From the human T2T-CHM13v2.0 reference genome, Homo sapiens, in assembly GCF_009914755.1 (NCBI RefSeq), contig NC_060931.1: a stretch of 64,000 nucleotides of DNA, one strand, 5' to 3'. The translations under genes and the position numbers were made by a program. Position 1 is the first letter of the stretch. Every line of letters starts with the position of its first letter. Shown here one piece after another: positions 1 through 19,072 of the stretch. The notes under the pieces are model-generated. The model ran no database searches. It had not been told where the DNA came from and saw only the letters and a list, made by a program, of their open reading frames with translations.

Positions 1-3000
1 TAAAGTAAAGAAAGAGGACAACATGGAGAAGCTCCTAACCTCCTTGAAAGTCCCTAATTACAAACAACATCCTTGAAGTTGTTTTGGAGATTTTATTTAG
101 AACTCAGGTAAGCAGACTTCCAAAGGCCATATGGAAGAACTTTCTTGATTCTCACTTTTCAGTTGCAAACCTGTCTGAAAATGTTTCCAATTTAAAATAA
201 CGTTAATAATCCCTTAACTGGCAACAGATAGCCAGCCAGAGGAAGAGTGGGGAAGAAAAGGTGCCTCGGGAGAGGGGGCTGACAAGGGTAATTGTGGCGG
301 AGGGGGCAGTGACAGGATTCCCATTCCTATGGTTTTGTCTAGGGTTGGCTGCCCCACTCATAACCATTTCATATGTCTAATGCCCAAGGGTGGAAACCTA
401 TATTCTTTCAAACTTGATGAACAGCAATCAAGTTTTGTTTTTAATGCATATAGTCTACCACTTCAGTGGGATTTGAGAGACTTTCAAATTGAAGAGGAAA
501 ATTTAGCTGGCATACCTAGTATCAAGTCTGGCAGCATGTATGACACCCTTCTTAACCCAAGAACTACCTGATTTATCAATGTCTAACTTTCCAGACTTCT
601 CGGGAGTCAATCAGTAATCCCCACCTAATGCAGAATGAATTATAGCATCTAGGACACTGGAAAAAGAAAAGAAATTCTTATGAAATAAAAGGGATGAAGA
701 AGATTGCCAAAGGGGTTGGGGGCCATGCCCGTGCATTGGGGATGCTGGTGGGGCAGGGTGAGGGGAGAGACGATGACAAGGAGTTCAAGGCAGCGAGAAG
801 AAGGGGAAATCCTTTGAACAAAATGGCATGACAGCCCACTACATTTTCCCCAGGAGGAGGCTAATCCTCCTTGCAGCATAGAGCAATTTAAGAGTTCTGC
901 TTTTTTCCTTGTTTCCTGTGAGGGATGGAGACTCCTCATTGCTGGGGTTTCATTATAAATGTGACCTCAACTGACATGGCATCTCTTAATAAGGGGCAAG
1001 TCCTTCATGTATTTTTGATAGTGCACCAGTGACAAAATCCCTCTCAGTTTAGCAGAAAAATACTGCAAGAGTAAATTGTCAATGACAATATCAGTATACT
1101 CACTGGGCTTCAGGGATTAAGTGAATAGCAGCCATGGCCAGACCCTGACATGGCTTCAGGCACTTAAAAAAAAAAAAAAAAAGCGGTCAAATTAAAGCCA
1201 CATATATGAGGGGAGGGAAGCCTTCCTACCCCAGCAGGGAGATACCTTGATTAAAGCTCAGTCTGACCTTCCTGCTTCATCTCCACAGAAATTGAGACAC
1301 ATTTCCTAAATGGCAGGACTTTACAGAATCATAATGAGCAAGGACCAGGATGCTTTGCGTTAAATTTCCATCTTCATTCCTGGAGCAGGCAAAGGAGAAA
1401 ATAAGAGAAGGTCTCTATTATTTGTTATCAAAAGAACAATGCAGCCCTCCCCTGTTTCTTTTGTGCAGAGACAGAATTATCTATGAAACAAGTAATTCAT
1501 TCCTGGCCCCTTTAGGTAGCTTTTTTTGCACAGCTGATTTCTTAGGTTATTATTACTTAGTGGATGCCAGTAGTTTGATGGGAAATCTCCTTTTTTGAGG
1601 GTAATAGGTATTAGTAAATAATTCACCCTGGAAAACAACCCAAGCTTCAGGGAATTTAAAACAAAAACAAAACCCAACAAAACAAATCTGTTTTATAGAT
1701 AATAAGGGTAAAAAACAGAGGATTTTACTTTTAGGTTCTTTGATGTTTCATTAAATCAAAATTACTTAAATTACAAAATGCTTAAGTAGTCTATGCAGAC
1801 AGTAAGATTTGAGATTAAAATAACTTTTACCAATTTGGAAAATATATTTACTGCAAAATTCAATTTTTCTTTTTGTGTGTTAAAATTAAAGACAATAAAA
1901 ACTGAATTCTTATATTATTAATACCCTCCTAACTTTATTTCCATATGAACTATAGAACCTGGCACCTTTTTGGTACTCAGTCAAGATGAAAACATTGTAA
2001 TTTAATTGCCTTGGAAACAAGGTTCTAAATTGTATAAATATATATATTTTTAAGTTGAAAACAGTACCTCTATCCATCGTATGTTTACATAAGCAGTACA
2101 TGTTGCTGTAAGTTTTTGGTGAATATATACTCACCCAAGAGAGGAAGATAAATTTTCTGAGGGTAAACAATGCTTAATAAAGAGAAAAATTCTACCAGCT
2201 TGTGTAGAATGAGATTACATAATCTTGAACAGCTCTCCACTGTCCCCATTGTCATTTAACACATTCTTTATGCTGGGTCAGGTCTGTGTTCTTGCAAATG
2301 ATAAGCATGTGTGCAGTAGAATCTCACCTGTGCCTGCATAGAGGAGGAATGTATTCTGTTCACATCAGTGTTCCCAGATGAAGCCAAACATGTTTGTGTT
2401 TAGCAGCCATTGGTATGAAAGGAAAAAAAAATCTGGAGTGGAGAATGGAAGCAAAACACACCAACGTACTTTTCAAAACTGAGGACGTGCTGCTCTCTTG
2501 TGGAAATCTGTATTGCCAACTTGTAAAGCCTGGGCTGAGTTGCTTATGATTTTCCTAGACAAGACCTGGTTTAAAGTGGTCCACTTTGTCAGAATCTCAG
2601 AACCATATCTGAAATTTGAGTGCCATCCATACACAGGATTTCATTCATCATCTTGATGCAGAATCAAATCTACACCTAAAGGCTAGACTTGACCATTGTT
2701 CTTTTAAAAATGTTCGTTACATCTTTGTATGCAATAGAGTGTCTGTTCTTTTTCTTCAACCACCTCCTCTTCTACCTGGCATTGGTGTCTTTGAGTTATT
2801 GTGAATAGAGCTTAAGGCTTTCTTGATACAATAAACTAGGGAAATCTGGACTTTTTTTTTTTTTAAAAAAAACATAGTTAATTCATGTACAAAAGTTGAA
2901 ATAAATGGTAGGCAAGTAAAAGTTTAAAAAAATTGTAGCCAACAGCTGAGGAGATGCAAAGGCAATGAAATTATCTTCTTTCTTCCCTCCATTTCCGCCT

Positions 3001-3708
3001 CTGCTTTCAACTGTCCTTTTTTTACTTTAGCCTTTCCCTTGGCTCACAGAAGAGTTGGGATCATATTTATATACTTTGTCCTAACCTGAGATTTGCTGGG
3101 TATATTTGCCAATTTGTTTTTGTTGGGTAATTTGTATTCTTTATATATATTCTGGGTTCTAATCCTTTGTCTTGGAGGCACAATGGAAATAACTTCACTC
3201 AATCTCTTATATTTTAATTTTGTTATGCCTTTTGCAACAAAGTTATAAATTTTAATATTGCCAAAATTATTAATATTTTCCTTTATGCCTTTTAAGAAGA
3301 CCTACCAAGTCCCCAGGAAAAATATATCCATTGTCTTATATTTTCCATATCAAACTTCTTAATTCAATATTTTCATTCATTCCATTCATATTATCCCAAT
3401 GTATGCTTGTATGAGCATCTCTGTTCAAGTACGTATTTATTTTATAGATTTACAGTGGATTTATTGTACACTGAATTTCAAAACATAATACATACAGATT
3501 CTTGAACAGGAAATTTTCAGGTACACATTTAGTGCAATATAGATGGACAATTTGGATGATAAAGAAAGTATTTACTTTCCGTTGAAACGAATAACAATGT
3601 TTGATTAGGTAAAAATATATAGTCACTAAGTTTTTGTAATAGCGTACGTGATGATGCTTGTATTCTATTCCACATTATTCCTAATGATGTGCTATTCAAT
3701 GGCTTCTT

Positions 3709-3740
<32 letters not shown>

Positions 3741-4991
3741 AGCATTTTGGCATTTGAGGATTATCTAAATTTTTATCATCCTGATTGACTATTTGTTAAA
3801 ATTAGAAATTCATATCCTAAACTTCAGTCTGACATTCATAATGAGGCAGTCACCTGACACCATTCTCCTACATCTGTGGAGTTGCCCTGGTTTACTAATA
3901 AGAATTACAGACAAATATTGTGCTAGATGAATTCTTGAAAGGGGAGACTAAAGAATTAACAGTGTTTTGTAAGAATAAAATAAACAGCCTTCTTGACCCA
4001 GTAAATGAATGCCATTAGGTGATTTCTACTCAGTCTTTGTACTAGCAATTCAGTCTCAAATAGTGATGACTTTAGTGGAAGGATAAGGACCAATTATGAG
4101 AGACTCAGCGATAGTTCTTTGTCCTTGGGTTCTCAGGTGGTTTAGTGCTGCTGAGTTCATCTGTGGCATTCCTGAAATAACTGAAGCCTGAATTCCATTT
4201 CATAACCAGTACTGGAAAAAGTAAGGGTCCAAAGAGGAAAAGCATAGAAAGCCACATTAAGCAGTTACCTGCAATGCTACAGCCTGATGAGAGGCATGAG
4301 GTACTGTTACATGTCCTCTCTATTCTGGGCAAAAAGTGTTTTTCAGTTTCAAGTCTTTGTAAGGCTACACTTCCAGCTTTTACTTCAGTCAGAAAGAATC
4401 TGTGATGTGGTCTCAAACTGCTGGGATTCTGAAATGGCCTAATTTTAATTCAAAGTAGTTTTCTTTAGCATAAAAAGATGAATCATTCAGTTAGCATAAA
4501 GTGGTATCTTGGGAGGTATAGGAACATGATCCATCTTCCATCTTGCATTGCTAACTGGTGTCTGTTTATCTTCCCTTCCCCTTCCATTTCAGAGGGCAGC
4601 AAAGCAGTTCTGTGCATTTTTAGATCCCCACTTTTGCTTGCCATGCATGTGAGCCATAAGCCAGAGTTGATCATCACAAGGCCACACTGAATCTGGTCCA
4701 CTCACTGGTGGGGACTGGCTCCATGAGGGCTTGATTAATGAAAGCAAAGCAAGAAAGGGAGTGAGCTATACATCTGAAAATGCATGCTTAATAAAGATAG
4801 GAGAGTCTAGTCATTTTTTGTTTCCCCTTATCAGTCTCAGCTGTGATTCCTAAATCTTTCCCCGTTGCTTGTTTATATTTCCTTATTGTAGCGTTTTAAA
4901 CCTCATTTTACCTTCCCATGGCCTTGCTTTTTCCTAGTCTTTTGGTTAATGTTCAGAAATTACACAATTTCGTTACATGTAGCATCCCAAG

Positions 4992-5006
4992 ACTGCCATC
5001 TAGTGG
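4992..5006 (-). promoter_or_regulatory. CTCF core motif
   Basis: Minus strand CCACTAGATGGCAGT closely matches the CTCF consensus CCASYAGRKGGCRS, in non-repetitive sequence. Confidence 0.55.
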
Positions 5007-7439
5007 AATAAATTGGTCAAGACAACTTTTTATGGTGATCGTTCCCAAAATTTAAATTGGGCACGGTGTCGCTTGAAATAGAAATTCCTCCTTTCATCAC
5101 AGTTCAAAGCAGTGTCTGGGCTCCAACTTATCAAATTCGTGTAGAGAAACTGAAAACTGCGTTTAATTGTCTAAAATGACTGCTGGATATATAACTATGT
5201 TTGCTGTTTTATTAAGTTCTGCAGAGCTTCTGAAGAGTTGTAATATTTGCTGTGAAAAGTGAGATGGTGAAACTAATGGAATAAATGGTTTTAGAAGAAA
5301 GGGTGAAATTAAGTGCAGGTGTCTTTCCTGGGAAGGATTAAAAATCACAGAGCCATTTTGTCCTAGAAAAAACTTTTTTCAAAAATACGTCGTCAACCTT
5401 CTCATTAACTGTATCATGTGGAGTATTTTCACTGTGACAGATGCTCTTGCAAAGACTAAAGGAACACATAGCTATTCCTATGGTATAATATAGTATCAGA
5501 TGGTTTTATTTATGTAATTCACTCATTTTTTGCATAGATGAATATATGTAATTATACAAGGGCATATTATTTGGCTTTCTTTGATCATCAATTAGTGATT
5601 TTTTTTGGAAGAAATTCGTCCTGATTGAATTCTGTGATTTTAAAATATAATTCTTGATTATAAAAGTAGCACAAGTTCATTACAGATAACTTGGAAAAAT
5701 TCAGAAATAATTAAAGAATAAACAAGACACCTATAATTTGTTCTCCAGAAAAACCCTTTTTTATTAGTTTTATATATTTTCCTTCTTCAGACTTTAACCT
5801 CTTCATAGATGTAATATATTTACAATTTTTCTTTGACAAAATTTTAATCAGTTTGGTTCTTTTTAAAACTGATATTTCAAGATAAACATTTTTTCCACGT
5901 GATTCAAGAACTAAATTTTTAATGACTATAAAATAGTTTTCATAGTTTTATATGAGATTTATTTAACCAATTCTAATTACTAAAAGTAGAGGCTATTTCC
6001 AAATGTTTTTCTCTTATAAATAATGCCACCTTGAAGTGATGTGTATTTTGTTGAGAGTTTGATTATTTTCTAATGTCAGGTTCTCTTGAAATTTAAGGCT
6101 GTGGAGACACAATTCACCTCTCCGAAAAAGTGGAGCAGAGAAATACATTACTCTCCTTTGGGATTCATCAGCATTAAGAACAATGGACAGAAACAGAATT
6201 CACAACATTATGTGATGAATGTTTTTCTTCACATTTTATGAAATCTCCTGCTAGCCTTACTCTGCATTTACCTGTTAGACAAGCTCAGCTTTATGTTGTT
6301 GGATCACGAATTCCCTAAGAAGTGTGCGTAGAACAGGCTCCTTAATTTCTAGATGTACGTGATATATCTGTGGCTTCTCAAACATCAACTAACAAAGGCC
6401 CCTTGGCAGTTTTATTATGAAGAGCCCAAATGGATCCTCTTGTTTTTATTTAAGTCAATTGCCCATTTTTCTGTCAGAGCTGCTAGGCAAAACAGGCTTG
6501 GCAAGTTTATCCTCAAAACCATTTAGAGTAATTTGTGACGGAGATTGGAGACACTTCAGTTGCCCATCAGCTGCTTTGGAGTCAATCACCATGGTGGAGG
6601 TAAATTAATCTCATGGCTTTCTCTCTGGAGAAACCTTTGTGCAAACAGTCTTGTCAAAGAGAAATGTGATGGCTCTCAGTAATATTAAATAGAAGTTGAA
6701 GCAGGTTTTCTTTAAGCTAGACAAAGCTACTGTTGATTCTTACAGTTGATTGCCAGCCTTGCCTTGAGAAGATCTGGAAATACTGAATCATCTAGCTCTT
6801 AAAGGCCTGGAATTTGGAATATGTCCACGCAAAATATTTGAGGTGTGGTATTGCCAATTATAATGTTGCGGTTTGCTAAAGAAGTTCTTGATGTTTTATG
6901 TGCAAAAACATAATTTTTGGAAGCTCAGGCAACTAAGAGAAGCTTAAAATTGTTTAAGCCAATTGACTCTATCATATGAATAAGCATATTTTACAATGCA
7001 GTGGTTTTATCCCAGGAAACAGGATGGAGCTCAAATTATACAGTTCAGGCCATCCCAGCCTGAAATATATATTCTTTTTGGTGGTTTTCCATTGTTCTTT
7101 GAAAACTTGACAGAACTTTTTGAAAGTGGAAGAAATAAAGCTGGAGTAGGCCAATTTTGCTCACAAATTCACTGAGCTATACTCACTAGATAAGTCATCA
7201 TTAAGTCTGTACATGGCACAGACATCTTTGTTTCTTAAAGAACACTTTTTACTTTTAAAATGATCCTTCTTTTTCCCCTTGGAAGGCTTTATGTGAAGAC
7301 AAGAAATTTTGGATTCACTGTACCCTGCTCTGTATTCGAGGTAAATAGCTCAGACTGGAAGTGTTTCTCCTTGTGATCTTAATGACAAGTAGGACATGAG
7401 CAGTTTAAATGCCTCACCCTGCAGGATGATGATAATAGC

Positions 7440-7620
7440 CTGAGTTTGTATGTATCTCATTTGATCCTTGCCCCAGCTGGTAAGAAAGGCAAGGCAGAAA
7501 GTAATCGGCCCAGTTTTATATAGGAGGATAGATAAGGTGACTTGTTTAGTCATATGACTAATAAGTGACACAAGGAGAACTCTCACTTAGACTTTAGTGT
7601 TTTGCTTCTCCTAAACTGCA
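7440..7620. mobile_element. MIR SINE relic
   Basis: atctcatttgatcct...cccagttttata...aaggtgacttg...gtcatatgactaataagtg resembles the MIR core. Confidence 0.55.
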
Positions 7621-7621
7621 G

Positions 7622-7735
7622 TTTGTCTTTTCTTCTCTTTCTTTTCTCATTTCCCTCCTCTCTTCTCTTCTTCACCTCCCCTCCCCTCCTATTCCTCTCC
7701 GTTCCTTTCCCGCACTACCCATTCCCTTTCCTTCT
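7622..7735. repeat. CT-rich low-complexity tract
   Basis: About 110 bp of near-pure pyrimidines. Confidence 0.8.
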
Positions 7736-8065
7736 AGGAAAAGAACAGTTGCAAAGGTTCACTGGAGAGACTATAGAATCTCTGGACTAAGTGTTTCTAT
7801 AAAGGCATGATTAGGAATGATTACATTTTCAAAAAGTGATCATAATCATATTTACAACTATTCTTCTATGTCTATACATGAAAAGACTTAGAGGTTAACC
7901 AGTTTCTAATCTGAGGTTATTTTTTAAAATAATTAAAGATATAAAATAAAAAAATTGTGTAAGCCTTTAAAATAAACAATTACTGCAGAGTTTTCCAATT
8001 TGGAATTTGTATGTATATTGGCAACATCTGTGTAGCTACTTAGTAGGAGCATAAATATAAATGGA

Positions 8066-8539
8066 TGTGATAGGCTGAGTATGTCCCTCCCCAAAAAAGA
8101 TCCCTAGAATCACCAAAGATACTATCTTACATGGTAAAAGGGACTTTGCAAGTGTGATTAAGTGAAGGATCTTAAGATGGGGAAGTTGTTCTGAATTTTC
8201 AGAGTTGGCCCAAAGCAATCACAAAGGAGGAAGGAAGATCAGAGATAATAGTAGGAAATGTGACAAGGGAAGCAAGAAGCTAAAGTGATGAAATGAAGGG
8301 GCCAAGGAGGGAATGCAGGAAGCCTCTAGAAGGTGAAAAAGGCAAAGAAAAAAATTCTCCCCATGAACTTCCAGAAGGAGTCCAGCCCTGATGTTCCCTT
8401 AATTTTAGACTTTTGTTCTCCAGTGTTTGTGTTGTTTTAAGCCACTAAATTTGTGGCTTAAATAATTTTAAAAATAAATCATTAAAATTTATTATTAAAA
8501 TAAGATAATTTGTTATAGTAGTGTTAGACAACTAAAACA
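8066..8539 (+). mobile_element. MaLR solo LTR (MLT1-type, about MLT1D)
   Basis: TG...ACA ends. Contains ttacatggtaaaagggactttgcaagtgtgattaag, tgttttaagccactaaatttgtgg and tttgttatagtag. Confidence 0.8.
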
Positions 8540-8705
8540 GTGAGAATTTATCTTAGTTTTTTTTTCAAAATCCAGAGCACCTTAATCAAGCATATGAGTA
8601 TCTAGTTTATTAAAGACAACACTCTCCTTCACTACATTGTTTTATATAGATTTATGACATCTTAATTACTTGCTGAGGTTCAGTTTTTGTTTATTTGAAA
8701 TAATC

Positions 8706-13411
<4,706 letters not shown>

Positions 13412-13639
13412 ATTAATCTTTACAAAGGAAAATTTCATTTTTTTCCAGAAAAGTGTCCTCCACCACAACAAACATTACTCAGAAATGAGTTTATTGTTTT
13501 TTGAATGAAAATGTTAAATTTTGTTATGAAAATAATATTTACCTTCTATATACATTCTAGTAAATAAAAAGGCATAAATAAGAAAGTGAAAGTTGTCTGT
13601 AATCCTCTCATAACTGGGAAATGCTGTGATGTCAAACAC

Positions 13640-14900
13640 AATGTGATTATCTTGTTGGGGTATGTACTTCCCCAGCTGCTCAGAGAATGAAGCCTGTGGA
13701 AGTAGGCTTTGCACTAGAAGGTGAGCTTGGGGATTCAGGGAAGTAACACTAACAAATATCAAGGGTCTGGGTGGAATTGCTCTAAACTGTCCTGGTGAGC
13801 AATGAACCAGGAAAGGGGAGTCTGACAAGGAACCCTGAAGATACAGCTGAGCTTATGCCTGCTATGTGTAGCCATAAATAATGCTGCTTGTAAATATGCT
13901 CTTTCCTTCCTTTGTCTCAGATCCTTCTGTAAAGTCTTGGTGAAACCAATGGACTGGTTTCTGTTGTGCTCTGGATAATTAATTGAAAATCTGCCTCTGG
14001 GCTGAAGTCACAGAGGTGAGGGTACTCTCCATCCCCTGGAAGCCTGGGTGTTACTTGCAGCTGAAGGAGGAGACACTTAGTGTTAAGTGACTCCTCCTAA
14101 CACTGGGAAATGCTCCTGCTGCTGCCGAAGCACCAAGATGCTCTGCCAATCAGCCATTCAGCACCAGCTCTGAAGCCACTCTTCTACATAGTCACTTATC
14201 TTCCAGGGTGCAGTCTCCAGAGTCCTCGGAGATGACCTGTAGGGACCTCCCAGCACTGGAAAGGCTTCGTGCTTGTTGTTATGTAGATAGTACAGAGGTA
14301 AATGCAATGAGAGAGCAGCTGGGATGCTATGTGGACCCCTACACCCCAATTAGAGAGTCAAATCGTATTCTTTTTGAGTTTCCTGTTGTGAGATTACATG
14401 ACTGTCTTCAGTCCTTTCCAGGAAACAGAGGCAGAAGGAAGCCTGCATGGATATGAGTCCCATGGCATTTACCTTATCTTGTATCTCAGCAGTGGAGAAA
14501 TGCATTGGCAGTAGGCAGTTCAGAGGTACTTGCCGGCCCCAGGTTTCTGTTGTCTAACCCAAACTCACAATGGTGACCAGCTGAGGAGGCAGCAGCAAGG
14601 TGGCATGGTGGAGAAGCTGGCGCTAAAGCATGTGAGGCACTTGTGTCTAAACCATCTGTGATAGTGTCCTGGAGATTTAGAAGTAGCTAGTGTTCATGGC
14701 AAGGAGGGATTAATTTCCGACAGGCGATGGAAGCTCAACTGTGTTCACTTCGGCATCAAATGTAAAGTGATGCCATTTGGAAGTTGGGGGTCTGCCTTTT
14801 ATACTGGCAAGTTGTCATCCACAAGGGCAGCAGTGGAAAATCCCTATGTCATGTATAGCTGTAAGTTTTGAGGGAGCAAGGAAAAACCTGCGGGGCTGCC
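13640..14900. mobile_element. Probable ancient ERVL/MaLR-class LTR or internal remnant
   Basis: Higher GC than flanks and LTR-like phrases. Family not resolved by eye. Confidence 0.3.
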
Positions 14901-15163
14901 TTGTATGGCTATTTAGGTTTTGCTCTGCACAGTTTCTGTGATATACATAATATTCTCTGGAGTTTTACAGTGCAGCTGCCCTGCCACCTCACTTCTCTGT
15001 ATAAATTTCAGTGTTGTATAATAATTAATTTGCTTAGGCTGACATTATGTATCACACACTTCAGTACTGAAACCCTCAGGGGTTTGCCATTGTCTTAAAA
15101 GAAATTTGATGTCAATCTGTTTAAAGATGAGACATCTATGAAATGTGTGTGTTTATACATGTG

Positions 15164-15166
<3 letters not shown>

Positions 15167-15224
<58 letters not shown>
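15167..15224. repeat. Compound microsatellite (CT)n(GT)n
   Basis: Seen directly. Confidence 0.95.
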
Positions 15225-15226
<2 letters not shown>

Positions 15227-16329
15227 CATAACCAGCTTTTTTTTTAAGGGGCTTTCCTGGGAATCAAACCAAGATATAATAGTAAATGCATGTATAATCA
15301 GTTGGGTTCCCTCCTATTGTTTTTGATAAGGGCCAGGCACAGAAATTAACAATTAGGAGGTGCTAGATATGCCTCTTTTGGAGATGGTTGGGGTGAGATA
15401 AGTGGTTATATGGCCCTAGTTTTTCTTTTCAAAATTTAAGGCATTTCATTATGTGTTTTGGGAAATACACATTGAATTTCCATGGCTGTTAAAATTTCTG
15501 GATGTAGATAACATCTTGCATTACATATTGTGTACTCAATCATTGACTTAGAAAGGAATGGTAGTAAAATTAATCCAAAACATAAAATAATCCCAAACAG
15601 GCTTTATTTAATGATGGAATGGAAAGTAGCAGCTTGGTGTAGTGGCTCTCAGATAGAAAGGTAACTCATTCAGAAGCTGGGCTGTGAAGACCTCTTGCAG
15701 GTGTTAGACATGACCAGGTTAGCTTCATCTCTTTCACTGAATGCCTCATGTAATTTCACTCCAAGTTGAGAATGGGTAATGCTGACTCTGAAGTGGATAG
15801 AGAGCATTGTGCAGGTGAGAGAGGCCAGGTTACCAAGGCCTGCTCATGGCTTCAAGAATGCCATTTTTTTTCTTGGCTTATGTGATTTCTCAGGTTCTAC
15901 CCCAACCAGTGCAAATAACTAGGTAAGGAAAAAAGAAAGTAGACACAGCTCCCGGTTGCTTCTCTTGTTCTTCAACAAAATCCACCTAAAATTTGGTCAA
16001 TGCAGTCTATGTGGAACTGAGAATCCTCTAGGTCACAGGAGCTTAGAGCAGGAACACCCTGCTTTTTTATTATTAGGCTGAGTGAATATGTGAGAATGTT
16101 GGCATTTATGGGCCCACCTACTACCATGTGAAGGATTCCCAGCTGAGCACGAGTCCCGTGTTCTCATTCCAGCAACTATGCCTACCGAAAACGTAAATCT
16201 ACTATTCAACTTTCTGGGGGATCAAGATTCATCAGAGTCTCAACTGCCTTTGTTTTTGACTCTCCAGTTAACACCAGTGAGCACTATTCCCATATAGCCT
16301 GCAAAGCAAATAGAAGCTGAGTTTAGTGT

Positions 16330-16655
16330 TGCTTGCTATTGCCACAAACTCTTTGTTCCGGACTCTTGTTGTTCCCCTAAATATATTTTTTACTTCATCC
16401 AGAGACATGGCTGATCAGTCAGAGACTATATTCCTCAGCCTGCCTTGTGGCTGGGTATAGTCACATGAATGAATTCTCACTGATAACATGTGGGCAGTAC
16501 CAAGAGGTACCAAGAAGCTGGATCCGTGATGATGTAAGTGAGCCAGGGAGCCCGTCAGTCCTGCAGTGGTCTTGGTTTCCCTGCTAGGCACAGTAATATA
16601 TGGCTTCACTGCTTAAGCAATTTGAGTTAGGATTACTTGCAGCTGAAAGCACACA
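16330..16655 (+). mobile_element. Old ERVL-class LTR (LTR33/LTR16-like)
   Basis: tattcctcagcctgccttgtggctgggtatagtcacatg...aattctcactgat, and terminal ttacttgcagctgaaagca. Confidence 0.5.
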
Positions 16656-17235
16656 AATGAAAACCGAGGTCAACTAGTTTGTCTGTGAACATTTTGTCAG
16701 GATTTCCCCCAGAGCAACTGTGACAGATTTATGCTACCTTTTCAGAACTTACAAGTTTAAGTCTATTGCCAAGTGTGTTTTAAATTTATCCTGTCGCATT
16801 CCTGCTGCTATTTAAGCACGAGTTTTATTGTCCTGTCAGAGGAGAAAAACTCTGGGTGATTTAGAGTTATTTGGCAAATCTCAGCCACTTCTATTTCAAT
16901 GTTAATTAATCTCTAGAACTTTAAGACTTTCTTGACAGATCCCATTTTATAACCCTTTAAACTGGACCCAAAGCAGCTGATTATATTCTAGTGTAATTGA
17001 TCTCTTTTCCTCTTCCTTAAACTATTTTTACTTGGAGCTTCTATGTTTCAAAAACGTGGGGGTAAATTATGGTCCTAACATGACTTCCAACGTCCACAAT
17101 TATCTGAAGTTAGGAAAAGTCCACTTTAGCTTTCATGAGCAAATCTCCCAAGACCCTGTGAGCTTCCACCTGCTGCCTGGTGACAAAGTTAGTGTCACAT
17201 GTTTTAGGCATTTGTAAATTCTAGGTATCAAATTT

Positions 17236-17670
17236 TGTTTTGGTTCTCTATTGCTGAATAGCAAACTGTATACACCTCTGTGGCTTAAAACAACAATAGT
17301 TTATTTGGCTCACAAACCTGTGATATAGGCATAGTTTGGTGGGGTCAGCTCATCTCTGTTTGAAGTGAAGACAGGTAAGGTGTCTCAACTTTTAAGACAA
17401 CTCACTCATCTTGTCCGTTCCGTTAGTATTGGCTATTGGCTGGTAGCTCAGCCACTGTCTGTGATTGGAGGCTTGGTGCTTTTCCATATGGCGCCTCCAT
17501 GGAGCTACTTGAGACCTTACAGCATGGTGGCTGGATTCCAAGAATAAATGCTCTCAGAGGGTTAAAGTGGAAGCTATCAGTCTCCTAAACACAGAATCCT
17601 TTCTACCATATGCCACTGATCAAGCAGTCACATATTCTGCCCACCTTAAAAGGGTAGGATATAGCAGGAG
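17236..17670 (-). mobile_element. MaLR LTR (MLT1-type)
   Basis: ctattgctgaatagcaaac...gtggcttaaaacaacaa...tttatttggctcac...cttacagcatggtggctggattccaaga. Confidence 0.7.
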
Positions 17671-17694
17671 TAGAAAGACTTTGCAAAAGAAAAG

Positions 17695-17835
17695 ATATTA
17701 ATTTTATCCAGATTTTAAAACCAAGAAAATGGAAACACAAAGATTAATTTCCCCAAGTTTACACAGCTTGTAAGTGGCAGAACTCAACATTTAATCCAGG
17801 GAGTGAGGTCACAGACTCCTTGTTCTTAACAAGTA
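17695..17835. mobile_element. MIR relic
   Basis: gaaaatggaaacacaaag...ccccaagtttacacagcttgtaagtggcaga. Confidence 0.6.
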
Positions 17836-19072
17836 CACTTTTATGAGAAAATTTCACAAAGAGAAGCCTTTTACAATTGACTACTATGGTTTAATTTTAA
17901 GTCTGCCAATCAAAGCCTCAAGGGAACTGGATCTTAATATGTAAATATAGGAAACACTCCCACTGGTCAGTGAAGACTGGCTTTTATTTCAGTGTGTTGA
18001 TGTAACAAATTCTAACAGATTTATAAATTTTAAACTTCAACAAATTTTAAATCCTCATTATTTTTATTTTGCTTACAGCTCATCTCACTTCTGAGAAAAA
18101 TTAACTTTTTATACTATCTGATTTCAAATATAATCTGATCTAATAATTTTAATTGTTCCTTAAGCATTGTTCACTTTTTCTGGGATAAAAAAATTCAGTA
18201 TTTAAGATCATCTATTTTCTTCCTAGTTGTTTCTGTACCATGATGACATCTGAGTATATGGGCATGCTAAATCTATTCTCTTGGAGGTCTCCCCAAGACT
18301 ATACATGAGCCTTTTTGACATTTTGAGCACCCAGGGAGAGTGGTGCATCAGATAGCTTATGCTTTTCACTGTGGTCTTCCCCTACCCGTCCCCGCTATCC
18401 ATTCCTTTTGGTCTGGCATGCCATAAGCCTTTTAAGGTTGTTTTACAGCTACACAGAACCTAGCAGACGCTCTGAAATAACTCCATGAAATTGAAGTGAT
18501 CTAATTAATGTGTGAAATGTCATAATCTTCTCTTCTATAGAATCTGTTTGGGTGTCTGGAATGGGGTGAGGGGTTGAAGTCTTACTTCCTTATTCTGCTT
18601 GTTTTGGGATTGCTGGCATGTGCTGGGGCATCCTTCGGAGCAGTCCTGACTAAAGGTGAGGAGTGGTTGGAGTTCTTGGGAAACAACCCAAGGAAGAAGA
18701 CTACTTTAATTTTCTCAGGTTGTAGAAACAGGTAACCTGATCGGTACATGAAAGACGTCGTGGTATTTTCTTCACTTTGGGAAAATATCAATCAAATATC
18801 AATTTTAGTTTATTTAACTTAATAAATTAATGCTTTTTATAAAGTTTATTACTTTTCCCACTATCTTCTTGAACCAAAAACACATTTTAAGTTTATAACT
18901 CTTTTGATATTCCCAATTGATTTTACAAAAAAATGAATATTTCATCAATTTTCTTTATTTTTAACATTGTCAACATTTAATCAGAGAACGATTCTTTTAT
19001 TCTGTCTCAAGTGATCATTCTTCTGACAAAGTTCTCAATGGATCTTGGGTCCCATTAAGAGAGGGATCGTGA

